A DNA stretch of 50,726 bases, the filler included, from Jimgerdemannia flammicorona (Eukaryota), in assembly GCA_003990765.1 (NCBI GenBank). It is 2 parts of 2 records of this genome, joined end to end, with 100 filler letters (N's around TTAATTAATTAA, not from the genome) between each part and the next. Parts side by side here need not be neighbours in the genome. Positions count along the whole stretch, not along the records: positions 25,421 to 50,726 come from RBNJ01000851.1; 1 more part is not named here. One strand, given 5' to 3'. Position numbers and translations under genes: made by a program. Below the pieces are notes generated by a model. It had not been told where the DNA came from and made no database searches. It saw only the letters and a list, made by a program, of their open reading frames with translations. How positions within the stretch are numbered: position 1 is the first letter of the stretch; the number at the start of each line of letters is the position of its first letter. This document shows, piece by piece, positions 25,321 to 36,720 of the stretch.

Positions 25321-25420
25321 NNNNNNNNNNNNNNNNNNNNNNNNNNNNNNNNNNNNNNNNNNNNTTAATTAATTAANNNNNNNNNNNNNNNNNNNNNNNN
25401 NNNNNNNNNNNNNNNNNNNN
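25321..25420. other. Artificial scaffold spacer (N44-TTAATTAATTAA-N44)
   Basis: Symmetric N runs around a six-frame-stop linker. Confidence 0.97.
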
Positions 25421-26358
25421 CTGTTGGATAGTATTTCAGCAACTTTTCGCTGAGAGTGGATTTGAAGTTTACCAGAGTCGATAAGTGGTAGAAGTACTAT
25501 CAGTTCAGGAAGAAGCTGAAAGAGAAGCAGGCAGACATCATTTACAATTTAATGAGACATTAGAGCGCCTAAGAGATCGGTATTGGAGAGCTGAAGAAAC
25601 TAATGATACAATGCAAGCTGAGGGTTTCTTAAACCTCTTAACAGCTGCATTAAATCCAGTATTTAATGTAGATATTAACAATTTTTGATACTAGATTGAC
25701 TCATTAGCTATATTTTATTTTTACATAGCTATATTTTATTATTACGTAGTTTTTATATATACTTTAATTCAATAACAAAACTGGAAGTTCGTGTAGCCAA
25801 TCTAAAAATAATTCAAGCACCGCCGAGTTGTGACTATCGACGCTTTAGACAACCCCTTAATAAGACAAGATATAATGATACCACTGCTACCAAGTATAAC
25901 AGTTCTAGTTTCTTTAAGAGAAAGCAGCTAAATCTGGAAGTTCTGGTTGATCTAAAGTAGCTTAAAGAGATACTTAAAGGTTCAAGTATTCTCAAAGGAT
26001 TTCTGGGAGAAAATATTCTGAGCTTTATTCAGGTAGAAAATAAGGATATTTATACATGATCTGAAAGAAAGATCTGGAAGAATCTTGGAAAGAAAGAGAA
26101 ATGTCAAGAAATAAGTTCTTGGCAAAGCTGACTAATACTATTCTACAATATTCCAAAAGGTTCCATGACTAGCTGAGACAAGATACTTAGTACCAAGGAA
26201 AGACAAGAATGTTCTAGTAGTGTCTGGACACTGAGAGAAGGTTTCTAAGTAAGTAGAAGATGCCAGAACATAGTAAAATGTTCAAGAAATGACAAGAAAA
26301 GACTGACTAAAAGATGTGAAAAATATACTAAGACTAAATATGACTGTGAAATTATTAC

Positions 26359-27432
26359 ATAGGGTTAGGAGTGAGATCTAATGGAGAGCAGATTTACTTA
26401 AGAGTGGTTTATGGGTTATTAATAGATTTATTTGCTATTCATAATATTGCTATACTAGAAGTAGTTATATGAAGAGATATTATAGGAAAGTGTTCAGAAA
26501 TGTTCTTATATATTTGAGTCTTCAAGTCTAAGATTCTAAGGTCAGGGAGAGGGGGTATTTATACTAGTGAGGGGCTATCTAAACTATACTGGATATAGAT
26601 ATAGTACTTAGTGCTTTACTAAGTCAAAATGCAGTCATATAATATAAGTGTGATCTGACATATGTATCAAGGGATTGTCTAACTACTGAGTCAGTTCACA
26701 GTCATATCATATAAGGCTAATCTAACTATACTATAACTGCTAAGCTATTTATAGATTTAGATGCTATCTGGTTAGTCTTTAATGATATCACTATTAATGA
26801 CATCATCTTTGATAAAGTCTGAGCAGTTTTCTGACTTCTGACATTATTAGTTTTAAAGATATCATTACTTTTGTCTCTTGCAAAATTAAGGCTATTCTTA
26901 GTAGTAGTGGTTGTACAAGGATAATAGGTCTTGGTTCTTTTTTTTTTTAGACTACTGATATATTTGTAAGAACTAGCCATCCTTGTCTAAGGCAAGAGCT
27001 CCTAATATTGCAGCTGGGGGTTCAAACCTCTCAGAAATAATATTTTTTATAATCTGAGATAATTTATAATGGTAATATCTATCACATAGATAAGCTTGAG
27101 ATTAGTTTTGACAATGTTGGCTTTTTTGAGTTCAGATGAAGTATCTGTTATTTTCCAATAGAGGTGACACAGATAGAGCAAATAGAGTTGTTCAAATATA
27201 TTTTACTTCTGCTAAGTAATGAGGTCTTTGCTTTTGCTAAGTAATGAGATCTTTATATAGTTACAGTATATCTTAGTCTTAAGTTGATAAGTGTAGTTCA
27301 TAAATCTTTGATGGATGAGATAGAGTTCTTCTTGTCTTGGTTTGAGTTTAGTACTTCAGTTTTCTTTTGTAATAATACAGTATACCAAAACTAGTTATAG
27401 AGATTCAGAGTCAGTCTTATGGTTGTAATACT
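26359..27432 (-). repeat. Inverted partial copy of the 1.5-kb (short-type) LTR
   Basis: Reverse complement matches ~27588-28635. Confidence 0.88.
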
Positions 27433-28926
27433 TGTAAGTGCACAACCTCCAAGCCACCAAAATCACATGGCATCCTCAGAACTAATTTGGAAACCACATG
27501 TGAGACTACAAAACAAGAGATCATCTGATTACACAAAATATGCCAGCAAGCACGAGAACCCACTGCCAAGATATAAGAATACTAGAAGAAGTACTACAAC
27601 CATAAGACTGACTCTGAACCACTATAACTAGTTTAGTGTACTGTACTATTACAAAAGGAAACTGAAAGTACTAAACTCAAATTGAGATAAGAAGAACCCT
27701 ATCTCATCTACCAAAAGATTCACAAACTGCACTTATCAACTCAAGACCAAGATATACTGTAACTATACAAGACCTCATTACTTAGTAGAAGCAAAATACA
27801 TTTGAATAACTCTGTTTGCTCTATCTGTATCACCTCTATTGGAGAGTGACAGATACTTCATCTGAACTCAAGAAAGCCGACATCATCAAAACCAATCTCA
27901 AGCTATCTATGTGACAGATATTACTACTAGAAATTGCCTCAAATTATAGAAAATATCATTTCCAAGAGGTTCAAACCCCCAGCCACAATATTGGGAGCCC
28001 TCACTCTAGACGAGAATGGTCAGTCCTCACAAATGCACCAGCAGACCAAAAAAAAAAGAGAACCAAGACCTATTATCCTTATACAACTACTGCCACTAAG
28101 GATAGCCTTAATCTTACAAGAGATAGAAGTGATGACACCTTGAAACTAATGATGTCAGAAGTCAGAAAACTGCTCAGACTTTGCCAGTGATAATGTCATC
28201 AATAGTGATGTCATCAAAGACTACCCAGATGGTGTCTAAACCTATAAATAGCTTAGCAGTCATAGTATAGTTAGATTAGCCTTGTATGACATGACTGTGA
28301 ACTGACTCAGCAGTCAGATGATCTCTTGATATATCAGATCACCTTTATATTATATGACTGCATTCTGACTCAGCAAGGCACTTAGTACTACATCCATATC
28401 TAGCATAGTCCAGATAGCCCCTCACTAGTATAAATACCCCCTCCCCTAGACCTTAGAATTCCAGACTTGAAAGACTTAAATAATCTGAATACAACTCCTG
28501 AGTACTTCTCCATAATATTCCTTTATACAACTACTCCTAGTATAGCAATATTATGAATAGCGAATAAACCTATTTAATAATCCACAAACCACTCTTAAGT
28601 AAATCTGCTCCCCATTAGGTCCCACTCCTAACCCCATTACGAAATTTCCTAATTGGGTATTGTCTGCAGCAATACGCCAATTCAACTAAGCTAGTCTTAG
28701 TTTCTTGAACTTTCTGAAATATGGGAAATCCTGAACATCCAGAACTAGTTCGAAAAAGGACTTTGGTTGAGACATCAACCTGAACTTGAAATCAATAAGC
28801 ATAGAGGATATACTCTATATGAAATTGATCTTGACCATAAGAAAACAGTCTTCCAGAACATCCAGAACTTCCAGAAAACCCTTCCAGAACTATGTAATGG
28901 TTACCTTAAAAAGTAACTCTCTTACA
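27433..28926 (+). repeat. 5' LTR (1494 bp, short type)
   Basis: TGTAAG/CTTACA inverted ends, TATAAAT at ~28429, AATAAA at ~28563. Confidence 0.92.
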
Positions 28927-28929
28927 ACT

Positions 28930-28941
28930 TGGTAGCAGTGG
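28930..28941 (+). promoter_or_regulatory. Primer-binding site, probably initiator tRNA-Met
   Basis: TGGTAGCAGTGG 3 bp after the LTR end; TGGTAGC is typical of iMet PBS. Confidence 0.75.
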
Positions 28942-28965
28942 TTTACAATCCAAATCCACTTCAAG

Positions 28966-30940
28966 ATGCTTCCTCACTCCACTACAAATCCTTCTGAGAA
29001 TTTCTATAAGTTGGTATAAAGCCCAATCTCTGAACTGGAATTTATCCTGAACTATCTGGCAATCTAAAGAGAATTGAACCTGACATACAAGGACAATTTG
29101 ACCTCCACATCTGCAATAAGTGGGATAAACTTCATTCAAAGAAAAAAGTACTCTGATTAAACCAACAAATAGGTGAAACTCTATTCACTGAACTCCTTGC
29201 ACTACACCCAGCAAGTCAAGATGAAGAAGGTCTTATTGAAGCCTTCTTTACTCTTCTCAATAAGAGTTTTATCAGCTCCACAAATCCGAGTGACCTAGAA
29301 CAACCAGCAGCAGTCTTTCTAGCCTTAGTCCCTCATGAAGCCCAAGCCTCTGTAGCCAAGTGGCTCAACTCTACTGACTTTCACCATACCAGGACCAAGA
29401 CCGCATTATACTACCGATTCCAGAACAGCAAGGCCCACCATATTCTTAAAGAAGAAGTAAGAGAAACCCTTCATCAACTACCTGACTCTGAACCTGAAGC
29501 AGGCCCTGCTACAGCTCTACCTGAACCTGAAACCAACACTGAACCTGAACTTGACTTTGAATTAAGTCCATCTGAAATTAGATATACAACTGATTCTGTC
29601 TACTTTGATGCTAAGCAAACCCAATTACACAGGGACCAAACCAAAGAGGAGGAGGAGTATCTCAGTAAATTCAATCCCAGATATACTACTAAAGGAGAAG
29701 TACCTCCATCAGGACAGAATACATCTATACAGCAACAAACAGTTATCTATCAAGCCCTCACTCCAGACCTACAACTACTACTCTAGTAACTTACACAGAC
29801 CCAAAGAACTCCATCATACTCTGCATCAGTATCTCAAATAATACCAGTAACACCACTACCAGTAGTCCAACTGCCTCCAGTAAACAATATGGTGAACCAA
29901 CAGATTCTAGACCTCACAGCCCAGATAGCCATAATGGCAGCAACCATTACTACCTTAGCTGAACAGACCCAACCTACCAAAAATCTGAGCCTACCTACCT
30001 TCAATAGTACTACACAAGAAGTCCAAAGCTTCATTAGTGTAGTTGATACCAACTTCGAAGCCAATCAATGGACCAATGAGCAAGTTGCTGACTGTATTCT
30101 GACAAACAATCAAGACCACACTCTGGAACAACTCTTTGCTACCACTACAGCCTATGTCTATCGAGTTGTTACATTCTTTCAAGGACCTACCGAAGAATGG
30201 TGGTGAACCCTTCCTGAAAAACTCCTTACATGGGATACTCGACCTGCAGTAGTTACTCAGAATGTAACAAACAATGCCCCAGGATATGGAGTCCATCCTA
30301 TAGCCTCTGGACTCAAACAACTTATGATTGCTCAATACCGCAGCGAAACCATGATTGCTGAATCTTGAGTAAAACTCTGCAACCTCAAATTTGATGTATA
30401 TGGCAAAGAAGAATTCAAAACCTTCTGTACAAAACTCGAGTTACTCTTGAACACTGTTGGCCTAGAATAAATTGCCAATGATGAAGCACGAAATGGTACA
30501 AGAGCAGACTATTTATTCGATGCACTGCCTGAATGGCTTACTAGAAAAATCCAAGAACAAGACTGCCTAGTTGGTTGTAATCACCAACAATGGTGCCTAG
30601 CAAGAATCAAGACTATGGTCAAGTGAATCCTAACAGCTGGACCAATTCTACCCCGAAGACAATTCAATAACAAGGAAAAGATGAACCAAGAAAGAAGAGC
30701 CCAAGTATAAGGCATCCTGAGCTCCCTCCACATCCACCTCCTGGATACCCAGAAATCATGAATCCACCCAACTGAGTACCTTCAAGAAACTTACTGAAGG
30801 CGAAAGAAATGAACTTCAAAGAAGCAGAGCATGTTTCTATTGCCGAAAGACAGGACACATGGCCAGTGCCTGCCCTAACCAAAAACCCCAAACAGCAACA
30901 TGAACAACTGTTACCACTCTGCACCACCTTAATAACCTGA
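28966..30940 (+). pseudogene. gag: Gag with long N-terminal extension and zinc knuckle
   Basis: LSLPTFNST..VQSFI, FFQGPTEEWW, CFYCRKTGHMASAC at 30832-30873. Confidence 0.82.
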
Positions 30941-30954
30941 CTACCAGAACACTG

Positions 30955-31360
30955 GACTTTGTCAAGTTAAGACAAACTACTAAGACCCCAACCAAAGGAA
31001 GTCAAAAAGCAGCTGGATATGACCTGTATGCAGCTGAAGAAGCTACAGTTTCCAACCAAGAAGTCAAATAAGTCTACACAGGAATCAGTATCCAAATCTC
31101 TGAAGGATATGTTGGAAGAATATGCTGTTGCAGCAGCCTAGCATTGAAGAACTCTCAGTAGAAGGAGGAGTCATTGACGAAGATTATACAGGCAAAATTA
31201 TTATCCTCATCTGAAACCACAGTTGGACACTCTTTAAGATCCCTATTGGATTCTGTATTGCCCAGATACTATTTGAAAAAATTGAGTCAACTCTGACAGT
31301 CAAGGAAGTCCCTGAACTACTGCCCACCATCTGAGGATCCAAAGAATTTAGCTCATCAAA
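30955..31360 (+). pseudogene. dUTPase upstream of protease
   Basis: AAGYDLYAAE, TGISIQI, SSLA, GGVIDEDYTG, IAQILF, *GSKEFSSS. Confidence 0.9.
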
Positions 31361-31569
31361 CAAGGCCCCAGCCCAACCTACTACAAATAAAGAAGAACAA
31401 TTCTACAAGAAGATCGAAGATGGATATGTACCAAGTGGCCAATGCCCTCATGGCATTGGAATGTACTCTTCTCAAATAATTGATGATTACTTCTCTTGTG
31501 TCAATGAACTAGCTCAAAGAAGAACTAACAGAAAGAAAGCTTCTACAACTGAGATCACCACCATTGGAT

Positions 31570-31950
31570 CAGACAAACTGCTTACACTTAAAGCTTTTGT
31601 CAACTGAGCACCTGTCAAGATTATGATAAACAGTGGTGCCTCAGGCAACTTCATTAGTAAAGAGACAGCCAACAGACTTAAGGTCTTCACCTCTCCAGTA
31701 CAACAAACTCAAGCAGTTGTCACAGCTGATAGAACCTCACATATTATTAGCAAGGAAGTCTGCAATCTACCCTTTCAAATTAGAGACTACCGAGTATATG
31801 TTACCCTCTAGATCATACCACTCCCTAACAACAAAATCATCCTTGGAACCCCATGGTTAAAACAAGAGAACCCCATGATTGATTGGGTAAACCATTCTCT
31901 CACCATCAAGAAAGGACGCCACAACTTCAAATTGCAAGGTAAAAAGGACC
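31570..31950 (+). pseudogene. Aspartic protease
   Basis: IMINSGASGNFIS (D>N), IILGTPWLKQENPMIDW. Confidence 0.88.
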
Positions 31951-32164
31951 CACTCAATTCTAGTGACTCTGGACCAAAGATCACTCATATCAATAAGCTA
32001 CAACTCAAGAAATTGGCCAAGAAATGCCCTCTCTTTGCCATCTCCATCCACTCATCCAAAGAAGAACTCAAAAACTCTGAAGAAGACTTTTCCAAAGTTG
32101 ACAGCCATGTCAGACCACTACTCCAGAAAGCCTGAGACACATTTCTGAACTAAACCACAGAACC

Positions 32165-32235
32165 ATCTGTATCTGTCATTATTAATGACCAAGAAGAATA
32201 CAAAGTTGAACAAATCCTCAACAAACACAGCCATA
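32165..32235 (+). pseudogene. Chromodomain N-terminal remnant
   Basis: VIINDQEEYKVEQILNKH resembles the chromovirus EYEVExILD motif, just before the PPT (AAGAAGAGGAGAG, 32303-32315). Confidence 0.6.
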
Positions 32236-32647
32236 AGAACCATCCAAATGGTACAACAACACCAGAACAAATTAGAAGACCCCAATGAGGACATCGAAAG
32301 CTAAGAAGAGGAGAGTTGTAAGTACACAACCTCCAAGTCACCAAAATCACATGATATCCTCAGAACTAATTTGGAAACCACATGTGAGACTACAAAACAA
32401 GAGATCATCTGGTTATATGAAATATGTCAGCAAGCACGAGAACCCACCACCAAGATATAAGAATACTAGAAGAAGTACTACAACTATAAGACTGACTCTG
32501 AACTGCTATAACTAGTTTAGTGTACTATACTATTACAAAAGGAAACTGAAAGTACCAAACTCAAATTGAGACAAGAAGAACTCTATCTCATCTATCAAAA
32601 GGTTCACAAACTGCACTTATCAACTCAAGACCAAGATATACTGTGAC

Positions 32648-34710
32648 TGTAAGTACACAACCTCCAAGCCACCGAAATTACATGTCACCCTCTGAACAAG
32701 CCACTGAAATCACATGCAACCTCTGAACAAATCTGGAAATCACCTGCTCGATCATAAAGCTGAGTCAAACCGAAGTCACAGTGCATAAAGCTGAGTCAAT
32801 ACGAAGTCACAGAACATAAGATTTACATAAACAGAATCTTACCAATCAGGACCAAATGTATATATAGCGAGCATCAAGATGCGTCGAATCAGAGAACCAA
32901 AATAAACAACAACTATAACTTTCAAACAAACAAATATGACCACTGAGATCTATAACCATATCTGTGCTGACATTTAGAATACCATTGTCAACTAAGCCAC
33001 ACCCCCTCTGCCCCTCATGAATATCCATAGCCTAGCACTCCTCTACTTCGTGAAAGCCTGATGGAATGCTCTGAACATACTTAGCGAGGCTCACTGAATC
33101 GGACAAATCTCAAGCTACTACCAGATCAGCTGCCTCCTAGAAGATATGGTCGAACACTACCACAATACAGACATCACCCAGATGTCTTAACACCAGAAGC
33201 TCATTGCTCGCAAACATCAAGAACTCTTCTATGAGTATAGCACCATTATTCCCTGCCTTCAAGTTACTACAGCTGAAATGGTTACTACCCTGTCCTATAG
33301 CCAAATTGATGACATGATACAAGAACTCAACCACAAGTATCTCGAGTATATCGAAACCACAGATAGAACCTTTCCACACTCCAATGATCATATTCTGCAA
33401 ATGCCTCAAGTTGGATATGCCATGAAGGACATCTATGATATAATCAACTTCAATGAAGATGAAGTAGAAGACAATGACCCCTCTGATGCTGACATGACCT
33501 CTAGCCAAGGATCTCTGCCAACCTTGATCACACCGCCAATCTTGCTAATGAACTTACAATAATTCATAATAGCATACGAGACTTATTGGGACAATGATCA
33601 CTGACATGAATACTAACCTATATTCACCTCTGATTACTTCAACTACAATAAAGAGACTGGAGAACACAATCTATACCTCCAGACAACTCTCGAGATTGAA
33701 TCAACTACTCTACCACTTGAGTATAAGTGACATGAACTATAGCCACCAACTTACTACAACTCCGCAACTCATAGTGCTGTAACCTACAGAAGGTATGCAG
33801 ACAGCGAATCTGATGAAAGTGAAGATGATGCACCCCTCCTTCGCCCACCAACACCTTATCCAGCATATGAGACAGACAATGCTATTCTGTGGGATGGTGA
33901 TGAAGTTCCAATGTATTATTACCTCAGCGAACAAGGAGAAGTAATCCACGAACCACTCTTCCTAAATGACTACTTTATCAGAGATGATATAATTGATGGT
34001 GATGTCATCGAAAACTACCCAGACAGTGCCTAAATCTATAAATAGTCTAGCAGTCATAGTATAGTTAGATTAGCCTTGTACAATATGACTGTGAACTGAC
34101 TCAGCAGTCAGACAATCTCTTGACATGTCAGATCACACTTGTACTATATAACTGCATTTTGACTCAGCAAGGTACTTAGTGCTACATCCATATTCAGTAT
34201 AGTCCAGATAACCCCTCACTAATATAAATACCCCCTCTCTCAGACCTCAGAATCTCAGACTCGAATACACAAGAACATTCCTGAACACTTCCCCACAATA
34301 TCTCTTCACATAACTACTCCTAGTATAGCAATATCATAAATAGTGAATAAACTTATTTAATAACCCACAAACCACTCTTAAGTAAAATCAGCTCCCTGTT
34401 AGATTCCACTCCTAACCCCATTACAAAAATTCCTAATTGGGTATTGTCTGCAGCGATATGCCAATTCAACTAAGCTGGTCTTAGTTTTTTGAACTTCCTG
34501 AAATACGGAAAATCCAAACATCCAGAACTAGTCTGAAAAAGGACTTTGGTTGAGATGTCAACCCGATCTTGAAATCAATAAGCATAGAGGACATACTCCA
34601 TATGAAATTGATCTTGACTATAAGAAAAATGATCTTCCAGAATATCTAGAACTTCCAGAAAACTCTTCCAGAACTACGTAATGGCTACCCTAAAAAGTAA
34701 CCTTCTTATA
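32648..34710 (+). mobile_element. 2063-bp long-type solo LTR nested in the 3' LTR
   Basis: TGTAAG...CTTATA ends, 5-bp TSD GTGAC/GCGAC; same length as 47255-49317. Confidence 0.92.
32936..34033 (+). pseudogene. LTR-encoded 365-codon ORF, more decayed copy
   Basis: ATG at 32936, TAA at 34031-34033; collinear with 47543-48640. Confidence 0.8.
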
Positions 34711-36720
34711 GCGACTATACAAGACCTCATTATTTAGCAGAAGCAAAATGTATTTGAATAACTCTGTTTGCTCTATCTGTGTCATCTCTATTGGAGAGTG
34801 ACAGATGCTTCATCTGAACTCAAGAAAGCCAATATTGTTGAAACCAATCTCAAGCCATCTACGTGACAGATATTACTACTAGAAATTGTCTTGGATTACA
34901 GAAAATATCATTTCTAAGAGGTTCAAACTCCTAGCTATGACATTGGGAGCCCTTGCTCTAGATAAAAATGACCAGTTCTTGCAAATGTACCAGCAGACCA
35001 AAAAAAAAAGAGAACCAAGACCTGTTATTCTTGTGCAACCACCACCACTAAGAATATCCTTAATCTTGTAAGAGATAGAAGTGATGATACCTTGAAACTG
35101 ATAATATTAGAAGTTAGAAAACTACTCAGACTTTGCCAGTAATGATGTCATCAATAGTGATGTCATCAAAGACTACCCAGATAGTGTCTAAACCTATAAA
35201 TAGCTTAGCAGTCATAGTATAGTTAGATTAGCCTTGTATGACATGACTGTAAACTGACTCAGTAGTCAGACAATCTCTTGACATATCAGATCACCCTTGT
35301 ACTATGTGACTGCATTCTGACTCAGCAAGGCACTTAGTGCTACATCCATATCTAGCATAGTCCAGATAGCCTCTCACTAGTATAAATACCCCCTCCCCCA
35401 GACCTCAGAATCCCAGACTTGAACACTTGAACAATCCAAACACAACTCCTGAGTACTTTCCCAGAATATCCCTTTATACAACCACTCCTAGTATAGCAAA
35501 TTATAAATAGCGAATAAACCTATTTAATAACCCATAAACCACTCTTAAGTAAATCCACTTCCCATTAGGTCCCACTCCTAACCCCATCACGAAATTTCCT
35601 AATTGGGTATTGTCTGCAGTAATATGCTGATTCAACTAAGCTGGTCTTAGTTTCTTAAACTTCCTGAAATACAGAAAATCCAGAATATCCAGAACTAGTC
35701 CGAAAAAGGACTTTGGTTGAGATGTCAACCTGAACTTGAAATCAATAAGCGTAGAGGATGTACTCCATACAAAATTGATCTTAACCATAAGAAAATGGTC
35801 TTTCAGAACATCCAGAACTTCCAGAAAACCCTCTCAGAATTACATAATAGTTACTCTAAAAAGCAACCCTCTTACAATAGTAATAATAAAATAACTACCT
35901 TAGAGAAAATATAATCTATAGAATACTAATATCTATAATTAATTAAATTATTATTAGTTAATTAAAAGAAAATTAAAGTATAATAAACAATACTTAAGTA
36001 TTAAGATAGTTACTTTCTTATTCTAAAAATATTTAATTAGTATTTAAATAGTTGATATTATTAGTAAATTTTAAATCTAAAAATATATTTTTTATTTTAA
36101 TCTATTAAAAATAAAAATAAAATTTTGTAAAACAAGTAAAAAATACATAAAAATTATTAGAATTTTTTTTATAAAGTTATTCTTATTTTACGAGTTAAAT
36201 TTAAAAAGCCAAATTCGGTGACATTATTTTATATATTTATCTATATTATAAACTAAGAGATATTTGAGTATTAATCCTTGAGTATAGTATATCCCTCGTC
36301 TGAATTCTCAACATATCTCTTACCCGGATTCCCTTCCTGTCTCTCTGACTTCCGTTATCCGAATTCCGAAATCCGATCCCTGCTCCAGGATCAACATGCT
36401 TATCGCCCGAATTCAGCTCAACTGGGTAATCTCCCACCCGAATTCTGTATATCTTATCTGAAATCCAACGTTTTTTTCAAAATAAAAATTACCTGCTTTA
36501 GCTACGTTCTCATTTACAGACTAAGGGATATATTATGTATTAATAAGATTATATTTTATAATATAAATATTAAAATTAATTTGATTTCATATTATATTTT
36601 ATCCAAAAAAAAAAAAAAAAAAATTGCAGATCTAGCAAAATCAAGCCACTTACTGTGACGTCATATACACTTTTGTCTGGTTTCGTTGGAGAATTGTCCC
36701 TTATTAGAACTCTCACCACA

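Larger units (their letters stand above)
27433..35876 (+). mobile_element. Non-autonomous chromovirus-like Gypsy element (LTR-PBS-gag-dUTPase-PR-chromodomain remnant-PPT-LTR); RT, RH and INT missing
   Basis: LTRs TGTAAG...CTTACA at 27433-28926 and 32317-35876 (the second interrupted), plus PBS, PPT and domain motifs. Confidence 0.9.

Noticed and set aside
25321..25420. TTAATTAATTAA palindrome within Ns
   Set aside because: Artificial linker. Adjacency of the two halves of the window is therefore unverified.
25421..26358. ORF tail (25485-25688), a CCCCTTAA possible transposon end at ~25853-25860, and LTR-like debris
   Set aside because: Only one end is visible next to a gap, with no diagnostic motif; cannot be classified.
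35877..36640. Extremely AT-rich tract (also 13066-13500) as origin or centromere
   Set aside because: More simply explained as terminally mutated TE sequence; no specific evidence.
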